A program made the position numbers and the translations under genes. From assembly GCF_000017845.1 (NCBI RefSeq), contig NC_010546.1, forward strand, positions 570,001-602,000: 32,000 nucleotides of DNA. The letters are read 5' to 3'. This document shows positions 1 through 8,858 of the stretch, piece by piece (the first letter of the stretch is position 1; each line of letters opens with the position of its first letter). The notes beneath the pieces were generated by a model that worked only from the letters and a program-made list of their open reading frames with translations, was not told where the DNA came from and ran no database searches. Origin of the DNA: Crocosphaera subtropica ATCC 51142 (lineage in GTDB: Bacteria > Cyanobacteriota > Cyanobacteriia > Cyanobacteriales > Microcystaceae).

Positions 1-1
1 C

Positions 2-88
2 TGGATCGCCAATGGACTAATGGATGAATTAGATCGCAAGACAGATACTCCTTCTGTAACGGATATTTCTTTTGACTTAGTTCGTTAA
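2..88 (+). CDS. nifK: Nitrogenase MoFe protein beta chain NifK, C-terminal end (partial, runs off the window start)
   Basis: Frame 2 reads WIANGLMDELDRKTDTPSVTDISFDLVR-stop. The SFDLVR terminus is typical of NifK. Its position upstream of nifENX fits cyanobacterial nif clusters. Confidence 0.7.
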   Translation, partial: WIANGLMDELDRKTDTPSVTDISFDLVR

Positions 89-138
89 TCCAAGGAAATC
101 TGAATACGAGGGAGATTAGGAAGATTCAGGGAGTACCT

Positions 139-254
139 TACTCCCCCCTCTCCTCTCCTCTCCCCTCTCTCTTCTTGAAGGCAATAGGGAATAGGCAATG
201 GGCAATAGTCAGATTTCATTCTCCTGCGCTCCTTTCTCCCTGCTCCCCTGCTTC
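139..254. repeat. STRR-like spacer: CT-rich run, GCAATAG/GGAATAG heptamers, inverted copy of the GGAGCAGGGAGAAA box
   Basis: Direct reading: 139-175 is a CT-rich tract, 181-208 holds heptamers, and 219-254 is the reverse complement of GAAGCAGGGGAGCAGGGAGAAAGGAGCGCAGGAGAA. Confidence 0.7.
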
Positions 255-298
255 ACATAAAACTCTCTGCCACTCTATTTTTAATCAAAGATGAGGAT

Positions 299-607
299 AT
301 GGTTATGACGAGTCCTACTCCTTATTCTACGGGCAAAAAATTTCAACTCGATCCCCTTTTTCCCCTCAAACGCTGGCTTAATAATATAGAGGTCACAAGT
401 GCCTCTTTTGCTCATTTAATCTGTCGGGTCATTCCTTGTTCTTGTCCTTTTGAAAGAAAGATAACGGTATTAGGACACACCATGCTCCGTATTCCTCCTC
501 TATGTAAATTAAATCCTTTTTATCACGAATTTGTAGCTTTACGACTGAAAGCATTAAGTTATCTGGCTGATGTTTGTGGTGAAAATGTCGATCATTATAT
601 TTGTTAA
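299..607 (+). CDS. Small Cys-containing protein, probably of the Mo-dependent nitrogenase C-terminal domain family
   Basis: 102-aa ORF between nifK and nifE with a CPFER motif and several Cys. An equivalent small ORF sits at this position in other cyanobacterial nif clusters. The family assignment is from memory. Confidence 0.55.
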   Translation: MVMTSPTPYSTGKKFQLDPLFPLKRWLNNIEVTSASFAHLICRVIPCSCPFERKITVLGHTMLRIPPLCKLNPFYHEFVALRLKALSYLADVCGENVDHYIC

Positions 608-668
608 GTAATTGACAATTAATTATTGTTAATTCTTCGGTCATTGGTAATTATTAGGGAACTCAGTC

Positions 669-2087
669 ATGAAACTAACGAAGAGCAAAATTAACGATCT
701 ACTGACACAACCAGGATGTGAACATAATCATAATAAAGAAGGTCAAGGTAAAAATAAGTCTTGTACGCAAACCGCTAACCCAGGTTCTGCTCAAGGAGGT
801 TGCGCTTTTGATGGGGCTTCTATTGCTTTAGTTCCTATCACCGATGCTGCTCATTTAGTCCATGGCCCGATTGGTTGTTCTGGTAATAGTTGGAATAGTC
901 GCGGAAGTCTCTCCAGTGGACCAATGACTTATAAGATGGGTTTCACTACCGATCTATCAGAAAATGATATTATTTTTGGTGGAGAAAAAAAGCTTTATAA
1001 GGCGATCGCTCAATTAATAAAAAAGTATAATCCGGCTGCCGTTTTTGTTTATTCGACTTGTGTAACTGCTTTAATTGGTGATGATTTAGATGCAGTTTGT
1101 AAGGCAGCGACAAATAAGTATGAAACCCCAATTATCCCTGTTCATTCTCCTGGTTTTGTAGGTAGCAAGAACTTAGGAAATCGTCTCGGTGGCGAAGCTT
1201 TACTCGATCATGTAGTCGGTACAAAAGAACCTGAATATACCACCGCTTACGACATTAATTTAATCGGTGAATATAATGTTGCTGGTGAAATGTGGGGGGT
1301 TCTTCCTCTGTTTAAAAAGGCGGGAATTCGTGTTTTAGCCAAGATTACAGGGGACGCTCGTTACGAAGAGGTTTGCTCTGCTCATCGGGCTAAACTGAAC
1401 GTGATGATCTGCTCGAAGGCTTTAATTAATATGGCCTCTGCCATGAAAGAACGCTACAACATTCCTTATATTGAGGAATCTTTCTATGGTGTCCAAGATA
1501 TGAATCGTTGTTTACGGAATATTGCTCAATTTTTTGGCGATCAAGTATTAATAGAAAGAGTTGAAGAAATAATAGAAGAAGAAACCGCTAAGTTAGACAT
1601 CGCTTTAGCCCCCTATCGGGAACGTCTCAAGGGTAAGCGCATGGTCCTCTACACCGGCGGTGTCAAAAGTTGGTCTATTGTTTCGGCAGCCCAAGACTTA
1701 GGGATGGAAGTGGTCGCCACTAGCACCAAAAAAAGCACAGAAGAGGATAAGGGACGCATTAAGAAACTTTTGGGCAAAGATGGCATTATGCTCGAAAAAG
1801 GCAGTCCAGAAGAGCTTTTACGGGTGGTTCAGAAGACAAAAGCTGACCTCTTGGTGGCCGGAGGACGGAACCAATATACAGCACTGAAAGCAAAAATTCC
1901 TTTCTTAGATATTAACCAGGAACGTCACCATCCTTACGCCGGTTACATTGGGTTAGTGGAAATGGCCAGGGAGTTAAGCGAAGCAGTTTATAGTCCCATT
2001 TGGACTCAAGTTCGTAAACCCTCCCCTTGGGAGATATGGCAACAGGAACATGAAAGTTTATTGAACTTAGAAGCAGAAGGCGAGTAA
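669..2087 (+). CDS. nifE: Nitrogenase FeMo-cofactor biosynthesis scaffold NifE
   Basis: 472 aa. NifD/NifE-type motifs are present (GCAFDGA, HGPIGC, YSTCVTALIGDD), and it lies directly upstream of nifN. Confidence 0.95.
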   Translation: MKLTKSKINDLLTQPGCEHNHNKEGQGKNKSCTQTANPGSAQGGCAFDGASIALVPITDAAHLVHGPIGCSGNSWNSRGSLSSGPMTYKMGFTTDLSENDIIFGGEKKLYKAIAQLIKKYNPAAVFVYSTCVTALIGDDLDAVCKAATNKYETPIIPVHSPGFVGSKNLGNRLGGEALLDHVVGTKEPEYTTAYDINLIGEYNVAGEMWGVLPLFKKAGIRVLAKITGDARYEEVCSAHRAKLNVMICSKALINMASAMKERYNIPYIEESFYGVQDMNRCLRNIAQFFGDQVLIERVEEIIEEETAKLDIALAPYRERLKGKRMVLYTGGVKSWSIVSAAQDLGMEVVATSTKKSTEEDKGRIKKLLGKDGIMLEKGSPEELLRVVQKTKADLLVAGGRNQYTALKAKIPFLDINQERHHPYAGYIGLVEMARELSEAVYSPIWTQVRKPSPWEIWQQEHESLLNLEAEGE

Positions 2088-2172
2088 GAGAGCAGAGGAG
2101 CAAAGGGAGCAGGGAGAAAAATAATGCACCCTAGACCCTACACCCTACACCCTACACCCTACACCCCACACC
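2088..2172. repeat. STRR-like spacer after nifE: purine-rich box followed by a CCCTACA heptamer array
   Basis: 2097-2119 reads GGAGCAAAGGGAGCAGGGAGAAA. 2128-2172 holds about 6 tandem CCCTACA-type units. Confidence 0.85.
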
Positions 2173-2191
2173 AAAGAAGGAGTAAACGGAA

Positions 2192-3556
2192 ATGACCACT
2201 ATCTTAAACCCCAACAAGTCCCTATCTGTCAACCCGTTAAAAATGAGTCAACCCCTTGGCGCGGCCTTAGCGTTTCTAGGGTTGCGGAAGATGATGCCTC
2301 TGTTTCATGGTTCCCAAGGATGCACAGCTTTTGCTAAAGTAGTCCTCGTGCGTCATTTTCGTGAGTCTATCCCTTTGTCGACGACTGCCATGACGGAAGT
2401 TAGCACTATTTTGGGGGGAGAGGATAATGTAGAACAGGCGATCTTAACAATCTTAGAAAAATATCAACCTCAGATCATTGGCCTGTTAACCACTGGGTTA
2501 ACAGAGACGAGAGGAGATGATATGAAGCGTATCTTAAAGACGTTTCGAGATAAACATCCAGAACTCGATAGTTTCCCTGTTGTTTCTGTTTCTACTCCTG
2601 ATTATAAGGGATCGTTGCAAGATGGTTACACTGCAGCCGTAGAAAGTATCGTCGCTGCTGACTATGGTAATGTACCTGATGACGAACCCCCAACCGTGGG
2701 AATGAAACCCCAAGTCACGGTATTGTGTGCCTCTCATTTGTCTCCTGGGGACGTAGAAGAACTGAAAACCGTCATTGAAGGGTTTGGTATCTCCCCTATT
2801 ATGGTTCCTGACTTGTCTCGGTCTTTAGATGGTCATTTAGAAGATGATTATCACACAGTCACCACCGGAGGCACTAGCTTAACTCAATTAAAACAGTTAA
2901 ACCGCTCTTGTTTAACTTTAGCTATTGGGGAAAGTATGCGTAAAGCTGCCACAATTTTACAAGAACGTTTCGGCACAAAATATAAAGTGTTTCCCCGTTT
3001 AGCTGGGTTAGATGCTGTTGATTCATTTTTATGGGAATTGTCCCAAATTTTAACCTCTCGTTGCGATCATCATTTTCCCATTGTGCCAAATGTTCCGGCT
3101 CATTTGCAACGACAACGCCGGCAGTTACAAGATGTTATTTTAGACACTCACTTCTATTTTGGTGGTAAAAAAGTGGCTCTAGCGTTAGAACCCGATTTAC
3201 TCTATCAAACCGCTTGGTTATTAACAGAAATGGGGGCTAATATTCAAGCTGCTGTCACCACAACTAAGTCCCCCATCTTGGAAGATTTACCCATCGATAG
3301 TGTTACTATTGGTGACTTAGAAGACTTAGAAGAATTAGCAGTCGGTTCTGATTTAATTATTACGAATTCCCACGGTACTTCCTTAGCTAAACGTCTCAAA
3401 GCCCCATTATATAGAATGGGTTATCCTATCTTTGATCAACTGGGTTTAGGACAACGCTGTTTAGTGGGATATCGTGGCACCATGAAATTTTTATTTGATG
3501 TTGGCAATATTCTCCTAGAAGAAGAAGCCAAACATAGTCCCGTTGCTCTACATTAA
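2192..3556 (+). CDS. nifN: Nitrogenase FeMo-cofactor biosynthesis scaffold NifN
   Basis: 454 aa. The N-terminus is NifK/NifN-like (NPLKMSQPLGAALAFLG, HGSQGCTAF). A GGAG RBS lies at about 2178-2181. The gene follows nifE. Confidence 0.93.
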   Translation: MTTILNPNKSLSVNPLKMSQPLGAALAFLGLRKMMPLFHGSQGCTAFAKVVLVRHFRESIPLSTTAMTEVSTILGGEDNVEQAILTILEKYQPQIIGLLTTGLTETRGDDMKRILKTFRDKHPELDSFPVVSVSTPDYKGSLQDGYTAAVESIVAADYGNVPDDEPPTVGMKPQVTVLCASHLSPGDVEELKTVIEGFGISPIMVPDLSRSLDGHLEDDYHTVTTGGTSLTQLKQLNRSCLTLAIGESMRKAATILQERFGTKYKVFPRLAGLDAVDSFLWELSQILTSRCDHHFPIVPNVPAHLQRQRRQLQDVILDTHFYFGGKKVALALEPDLLYQTAWLLTEMGANIQAAVTTTKSPILEDLPIDSVTIGDLEDLEELAVGSDLIITNSHGTSLAKRLKAPLYRMGYPIFDQLGLGQRCLVGYRGTMKFLFDVGNILLEEEAKHSPVALH

Positions 3557-3610
3557 CACGGGTTTACTGTTTAAACTTTTCCCTTATTTCATTCATCTGA
3601 GAGGAAAAAC

Positions 3611-4024
3611 ATGAAAGTTGCATTTACTACTAGCGATAATGTCCATGTTAACGCTCACTTTGGTTGGGCGAAGAATATCGACTTATATGATGTGTCTCCT
3701 GACGGCTTCAATTTTGTCAATACCTTAGAGTTTGGTGGCGACTTAAAAGAAGATGGAAACGAAGACAAATTAGTCCCCAAATTAGAGGCATTAGATGGCT
3801 GTACTTTACTCTATGTTTCTGCGATCGGTGGCAGTGCAGCAGCCCGTTTAATCCGTCAAAATGTGACCCCCATTAAAGCGAGAACGGATCAAGATAAAAT
3901 TGATGAAATTCTCGGCGAATTAGTGAAAACTTTAAAAGGAAATCCGCCTCCTTGGTTAAGAAAAGTTCTACAAAAAGAAGCTGGACTTGAACCAACCCCT
4001 AACTTTTTAGCAGAGGATGAATAA
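3611..4024 (+). CDS. nifX: NifX, FeMo-cofactor binding/carrier protein
   Basis: 137 aa with a dinitrogenase FeMo-co binding domain pattern (KVAFTTSD..HFG....YDV, AIGGSAA). It sits after nifN. Confidence 0.9.
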   Translation: MKVAFTTSDNVHVNAHFGWAKNIDLYDVSPDGFNFVNTLEFGGDLKEDGNEDKLVPKLEALDGCTLLYVSAIGGSAAARLIRQNVTPIKARTDQDKIDEILGELVKTLKGNPPPWLRKVLQKEAGLEPTPNFLAEDE

Positions 4025-4201
4025 GGAGTAATCAGTGAATAGTTAGCAGTTACCAGTGATCAAAAAATTGATAATTGATAGCTGCTTTCTGAACTGCTAA
4101 GTATCCTATTTTTATACCTCAAAAAATCTATGAACAATTAACAACAAAATAGTGTAAAATTGTTCATAGATAACGGAAATGCTCTCATTGTAATTGTTAT
4201 T

Positions 4202-4675
4202 ATGACAACAACAACAAATTCGGAAACCAATACTCTCTTAGTCGAACAAAGTCCTTTTCTACAATCATTAGTTCAGCAAATTCGGGCTTACGATCACTAT
4301 GGAGTGTATCGTACTTGGACTGATGAACTTGTTATTGCACCTTATGTTATTCCTAAGAAGAAAAGACGGGAAATTTCATTAGAAGGGGATATTGATCCGA
4401 CGACAAAATTAAGAATCCTGTGTTATTTTCGGGCGATCGCAGCTTTAATAGAAAAAGAAACAGGGTTATTATGTCAAGTTGTTGTTGACCTCAACCATGA
4501 AGGCTTTGGCTGGGCTTTAGTTTGGGGCGGAAAATTAATGGTAGTTTCTCGTAGTTTACGGGATGCTCATCGCTTCGGTTTTGACACCTTAGAAAAGTTA
4601 AACGACCAAGGAACTAAACTTGCCAATGCGGGCATTGAATTAGTTAACAAGTTTCCTGAAGTTGCGAGACTTTAA
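4202..4675 (+). CDS. NifX-associated nitrogen fixation protein (DUF269 family)
   Basis: Its conserved position is between nifX and nifW. The ORF track opens at a TTG (4160), and the first ATG is at 4202. The choice of start is uncertain. Confidence 0.8.
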   Translation: MTTTTNSETNTLLVEQSPFLQSLVQQIRAYDHYGVYRTWTDELVIAPYVIPKKKRREISLEGDIDPTTKLRILCYFRAIAALIEKETGLLCQVVVDLNHEGFGWALVWGGKLMVVSRSLRDAHRFGFDTLEKLNDQGTKLANAGIELVNKFPEVARL

Positions 4676-4680
4676 TGTAA

Positions 4681-4709
4681 AGGAATAGGGAACGGGGAAC
4701 CAGGAACAG
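4681..4709. repeat. Degenerate heptamer array (AGGAATA GGGAACG GGGAACC AGGAACA) after the DUF269 gene
   Basis: Read directly. It starts 6 nt after the stop codon. Confidence 0.7.
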
Positions 4710-4757
4710 TTAGTTCTTACTTATCCCTGAAATAAACAATTAAACCGAGGTAAAACG

Positions 4758-4994
4758 ATGACAGTCGCTACTGATAATAATCCCACTCCAGAAGCCGTTG
4801 CGGATCTCAAAAAGAAGGTTCGTAAACTCAATTCTAAAGCCGGTCAAATGAAGATGGACTTACACGATCTCGCTGAGGGACTGCCTACCGACTACGAAAA
4901 CCTAGTGGAAACGGCAGAAAAAACTTACGAAATATTCCGTGAGTTAGATCAACTAAAGAAAAAACTAAACATCTGGGAGGAAACCCTAAAATGA
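4758..4994 (+). CDS. Small helical nif-associated protein (DUF683 / Rop-like family)
   Basis: 78 aa, helical and charged. It holds the conserved position just upstream of nifW. Its stop overlaps the nifW start (ATGA at 4991-4994). Confidence 0.8.
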   Translation: MTVATDNNPTPEAVADLKKKVRKLNSKAGQMKMDLHDLAEGLPTDYENLVETAEKTYEIFRELDQLKKKLNIWEETLK

Positions 4995-5341
4995 CTATTA
5001 CTGCTGATACCCCAAGAACCCTGGCTGAGTTCACCAAACTCATTGATACAGAAGACTATTTAAACTTCTTTGGTATTAGTTATGACCCTACTTTTGTTAA
5101 CGTTAACCGTCTCCATATTCTTAAGCAGTTCTCTTTACTTATCGCCCAAGTCGACAAAGCCTTCCCCGATCTCAGTGAAAGTGAAAAATTAGAAAAATAT
5201 CAATTAGCTTTTTCAGAAGCTTACGAACTTTTTAAAACCTCCAGTCCTTTAGAAACCAAACTCTTTAAAGTGTTTAAAGATGTTCCTAGTAACGTGGTTT
5301 TATTGGATGATTTAACCAAAGAAGCTGGCATTATGCAATAG
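4991..5341 (+). CDS. nifW: Nitrogenase-stabilizing/protective protein NifW
   Basis: 116 aa with NifW-like sequence (EDYLNFFGISYDP..VNVNRLHILKQF). It is translationally coupled to the preceding ORF. Confidence 0.85.
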   Translation: MTITADTPRTLAEFTKLIDTEDYLNFFGISYDPTFVNVNRLHILKQFSLLIAQVDKAFPDLSESEKLEKYQLAFSEAYELFKTSSPLETKLFKVFKDVPSNVVLLDDLTKEAGIMQ

Positions 5342-5466
5342 AAGAAGCAGGGAGAAGGGAGCAAAGGGAGCAGGGAGAAATGTATGAGTACAATTTTCCC
5401 ACACTCCTCACCCTTCCCTGTTACTGAGCTTGTCGAAGTACACTCTCAACACCTCACCTCTAAACG
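5341..5466. repeat. STRR-like spacer after nifW: purine-rich box, pyrimidine-rich heptamers, embedded ACTGAGCTTGTCGAAGT motif
   Basis: 5358-5380 is identical to 2097-2119. 5397-5420 and 5440-5466 are CCCAC/CTCAC-rich. Confidence 0.8.
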
Positions 5467-5469
5467 GTC

Positions 5470-6350
<881 letters not shown>

Positions 6351-6356
6351 AAAAAA

Positions 6357-6716
6357 ATGACTGTCACTCTTACTGAAAAAGCTGCCCTGAAACTCCGTAC
6401 CGTCTTATACGGGAACTCAAACAATATTACTGGTATTCGTGTTGGTGTCAAAGATGGTGGCTGTAATGGCTACGAATATGCCTTAAATTTAGTCAAAGAA
6501 GCCAACAACGAAGATGTCCGCTTTGAACAAGATAATGTTCCTATCTATGTTGACCCAAAGAGTGTGTCTTTATTAGATGGTGTGGTTATCGATTTTGTCG
6601 ATAGTTTAACCCAAAGTGGTTTTACCTTTACTAACCCTAATGCAACTGATACTTGTGGCTGCGGTAAGTCTTTCTCTACAGCCAACTGCAGTGGCCAAGC
6701 TACTTCTTGTAGCTAA
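6357..6716 (+). CDS. hesB: HesB/IscA-family Fe-S cluster assembly protein
   Basis: IscA-type fold signature (GGCNGYEY ... NPNATDTCGCGKSF). The gene follows hesA. Confidence 0.85.
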   Translation: MTVTLTEKAALKLRTVLYGNSNNITGIRVGVKDGGCNGYEYALNLVKEANNEDVRFEQDNVPIYVDPKSVSLLDGVVIDFVDSLTQSGFTFTNPNATDTCGCGKSFSTANCSGQATSCS

Positions 6717-6815
6717 ATAAAGTTTTGATTTTTAGTTGTTTTTTCTTCTGTTTCAAGAAGGAATAAATGGTTAGAAATCAATGGTAAACGTTCCTATGTT
6801 TTAAGGAGAACACTC

Positions 6816-7157
6816 ATGACTGCTACTTATCAAGTTCGCCTGATGAAAACTTTCAAACAAAAGAATAAAGAAACAGGCAAAAAAGAAGAGATTGCTGAAA
6901 TCGATGTAACCCTAGAAGTTCCTGAAGATGTTTATATCTTCGATGCTGCTGAAGAAGAAGGTCTTGATCTTCCCTCTTCCTGTCGTTCTGGGGCCTGTTC
7001 GAGTTGTGTGGGACGCATCGTTGAAGGAGAAGTTGATCAAGAAGATCAAAGCTTTCTCGATGATGAACAAGTGGAAAAAGGATGGGTGTTACTTTGTGTT
7101 GCTTATCCTCGTTCTAACTGCACCATTAAAACTCACCAGGAAGCTTATTTGGCATAA
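6816..7157 (+). CDS. fdxH: Plant-type [2Fe-2S] ferredoxin, nif-associated (FdxH-like) with an extended N-terminal loop
   Basis: CRSGACSSC....[18 protein letters not shown] motif. An AAGGAG RBS lies 8 nt upstream. The gene follows hesAB as in other nif clusters. Confidence 0.85.
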   Translation: MTATYQVRLMKTFKQKNKETGKKEEIAEIDVTLEVPEDVYIFDAAEEEGLDLPSSCRSGACSSCVGRIVEGEVDQEDQSFLDDEQVEKGWVLLCVAYPRSNCTIKTHQEAYLA

Positions 7158-7247
7158 ATTCTTGTCCTCTTCCAACTGCTGGGGAAGTCGTGGCCGATGC
7201 TACGACTTCCTATCCCTAAATTTTAGACTGTTCAAGGGAAACATTTT

Positions 7248-7676
7248 ATGAATACTATTAACCAAGACAATAACGTGCTTTCTCTGAGGTATTCGATGAA
7301 TTTAAAGTGGAGAACATTTGTATATAAAACAGCATTTTGGATGATGGGAGAGATTGTACTCAATATTCTGGGTCTCGATGATGTTGCTAATTATGGTGAG
7401 TTTCTTTTTGGTCACGAACTAGAATTGTCTAAAAAGAATCATCGTACTGTCAAACTGTCTTGTTTAAAGCCGAAGTTTTGCGACAAAGTTAACGAAAATT
7501 GTCCAGTGGATGAAGTGGCTTTACAATTTTCAGATTCTCCCCTGGAGAATTGTATTACTAATCATAAAATCTTTTTCAAGAAATGCACCAAAATTAAGCA
7601 TTATTGTATTAAAGCTTCTCTATTTTCGGATCTATCTTACAATTTGAAATGGGAAGACTATCATCGTGATTCGTGA
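7248..7676 (+). CDS. Hypothetical protein with one predicted TM helix and a Cys-rich C-terminal half
   Basis: 142-aa ORF, AT-richer than its nif neighbours. It has a hydrophobic segment (TAFWMMGEIVLNILGL) and 6 Cys in the last roughly 70 aa. I recognised no family. Confidence 0.4.
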   Translation: MNTINQDNNVLSLRYSMNLKWRTFVYKTAFWMMGEIVLNILGLDDVANYGEFLFGHELELSKKNHRTVKLSCLKPKFCDKVNENCPVDEVALQFSDSPLENCITNHKIFFKKCTKIKHYCIKASLFSDLSYNLKWEDYHRDS

Positions 7677-8019
7677 AAAATTAGTCAACGAGTATCGCCA
7701 TCTTGTTAACGCTTCATATCCTTATATTAACTCTTTATTGAATAATTGTTATATCAAAATTATTGATGGGTATCTTAACCCTGTTTCTCCTGCTTATTAC
7801 TATTTGGGAATTTATTATGCAGGGAGAAATGGAAAAGAAATTACTTTATATAAATACGAATTGAAAAATATAGCGAAAACCTTTGGCATGATTGATGTTG
7901 TTTTTATCAATGCTAAAAGAATTATTCGTGATCCGGCATCTACTCTAAAACAAGAAAATCCTCGTCTTTGGTTGGAACTTTATTGGATTTCTAGTAAAGT
8001 AACAACTAATTTAGACTAA
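7666..8019 (+). CDS. Hypothetical protein, GTG start overlapping the previous ORF
   Basis: 117-aa ORF. It overlaps the upstream ORF end by 11 nt, which suggests translational coupling. I recognised no family. Confidence 0.4.
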   Translation: MIREKLVNEYRHLVNASYPYINSLLNNCYIKIIDGYLNPVSPAYYYLGIYYAGRNGKEITLYKYELKNIAKTFGMIDVVFINAKRIIRDPASTLKQENPRLWLELYWISSKVTTNLD

Positions 8020-8050
8020 TTAAGCATTCAGCGTTTAGTATTATAGAAGT

Positions 8051-8069
8051 GATAATAATTACCAATTAC
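8051..8069. promoter_or_regulatory. Candidate Fur box upstream of feoB
   Basis: GATAATAATTACCAATTAC matches 13 of 19 positions of the GATAATGATAATCATTATC consensus. It lies about 165 nt upstream of the feoB ATG. Confidence 0.3.
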
Positions 8070-8231
8070 CCTAGCCTAAGTGGGTGATGACAAGATAAAA
8101 AACCCATGATAAAGAAGATTTAGATTAATAAAAATTGGTTGTAAATTAATATTTTTTGTGTTATGTATCTCTAGTTACTGTTTAAAATAAGCGAAAAAAT
8201 TACACTAATAACAAGGTACAAAAAAAGACCT

Positions 8232-8858
8232 ATGAAGTGTAATCAATGTCCTGATAGTTGTCAAAAAAATCCTCAAACTTCTAACAGGTTGTGGCAAAGT
8301 TTCTTACCGAAACGCTTTCAAGGTAAATCTCCGGAAGTAGTTTCCCAAGGAACCATTGCCTTAGTGGGTTCTCCTAACGTGGGTAAAAGCCTTTTATTTA
8401 ATGTTTTAACTGGTGCTTATACCACTGTTTCTAACTATCCTGGAACCACTGTAGAAGCCTCTCGCAACTATATCACAATTGCGGGAAAAACTATCACTAT
8501 TATTGATACACCAGGGATGTATTCTCTGATTCCAATGACAGAAGAAGAACGCTTTTCTAGAGAATTATTATTTAAAGAATCCTTAGATTTAGCAGTCCAT
8601 GTCATTGATGCCAAAAATCTCAGTCGAATGTTAAATTTAACCTTTCAACTGATGGAAACTCAAGTACCAATTGTCCTTGCTGTCAATATGATTGATGAAG
8701 CGGAAAAATTAGGAATTTGGGTGAACGAAAAGCAATTAGAAGCATCTCTGGGTATCCCTGTTGTCACTTTATCTGCTGCTCAACAACGAGGCATCAAAAG
8801 TTTAACCGCTAAGATGGCTAATTATGTCCACATTCCTGCGCTATCCTACAGCTATTGA
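8232..8858 (+). CDS. feoB: Ferrous iron transporter FeoB, N-terminal GTPase (G) domain fragment
   Basis: G1 (GSPNVGKS), G2/G3 (YPGTTVE, DTPG) and G4-like (NMID) motifs are present. The frame ends at 8858, while FeoB homology continues in the +1 frame. Confidence 0.85.
   Translation: MKCNQCPDSCQKNPQTSNRLWQSFLPKRFQGKSPEVVSQGTIALVGSPNVGKSLLFNVLTGAYTTVSNYPGTTVEASRNYITIAGKTITIIDTPGMYSLIPMTEEERFSRELLFKESLDLAVHVIDAKNLSRMLNLTFQLMETQVPIVLAVNMIDEAEKLGIWVNEKQLEASLGIPVVTLSAAQQRGIKSLTAKMANYVHIPALSYSY

Noticed and set aside
429-644. 71-aa minus-strand ORF overlapping the small nifK-downstream gene
   Set aside because: It is antisense to a better-supported ORF in conserved nif context, and it has no recognisable motif or RBS.
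2128-2172. Tandem repeats considered as a possible CRISPR array (also 6250-6282, 10545-10574, 27709-27751)
   Set aside because: The units are 7 nt with no spacers, and no cas genes are present. These are STRR-like microsatellites, not CRISPR.
1912-2737. Short minus-strand ORFs (1912-2103, 2534-2737) inside nifE/nifN
   Set aside because: They lie inside genes with unambiguous NifE/NifN homology on the + strand. They are typical shadow ORFs.
6928-7251. 107-aa alternative-frame ORF overlapping fdxH
   Set aside because: The fdxH frame carries the full 2Fe-2S ferredoxin signature, and the overlapping frame has no support.
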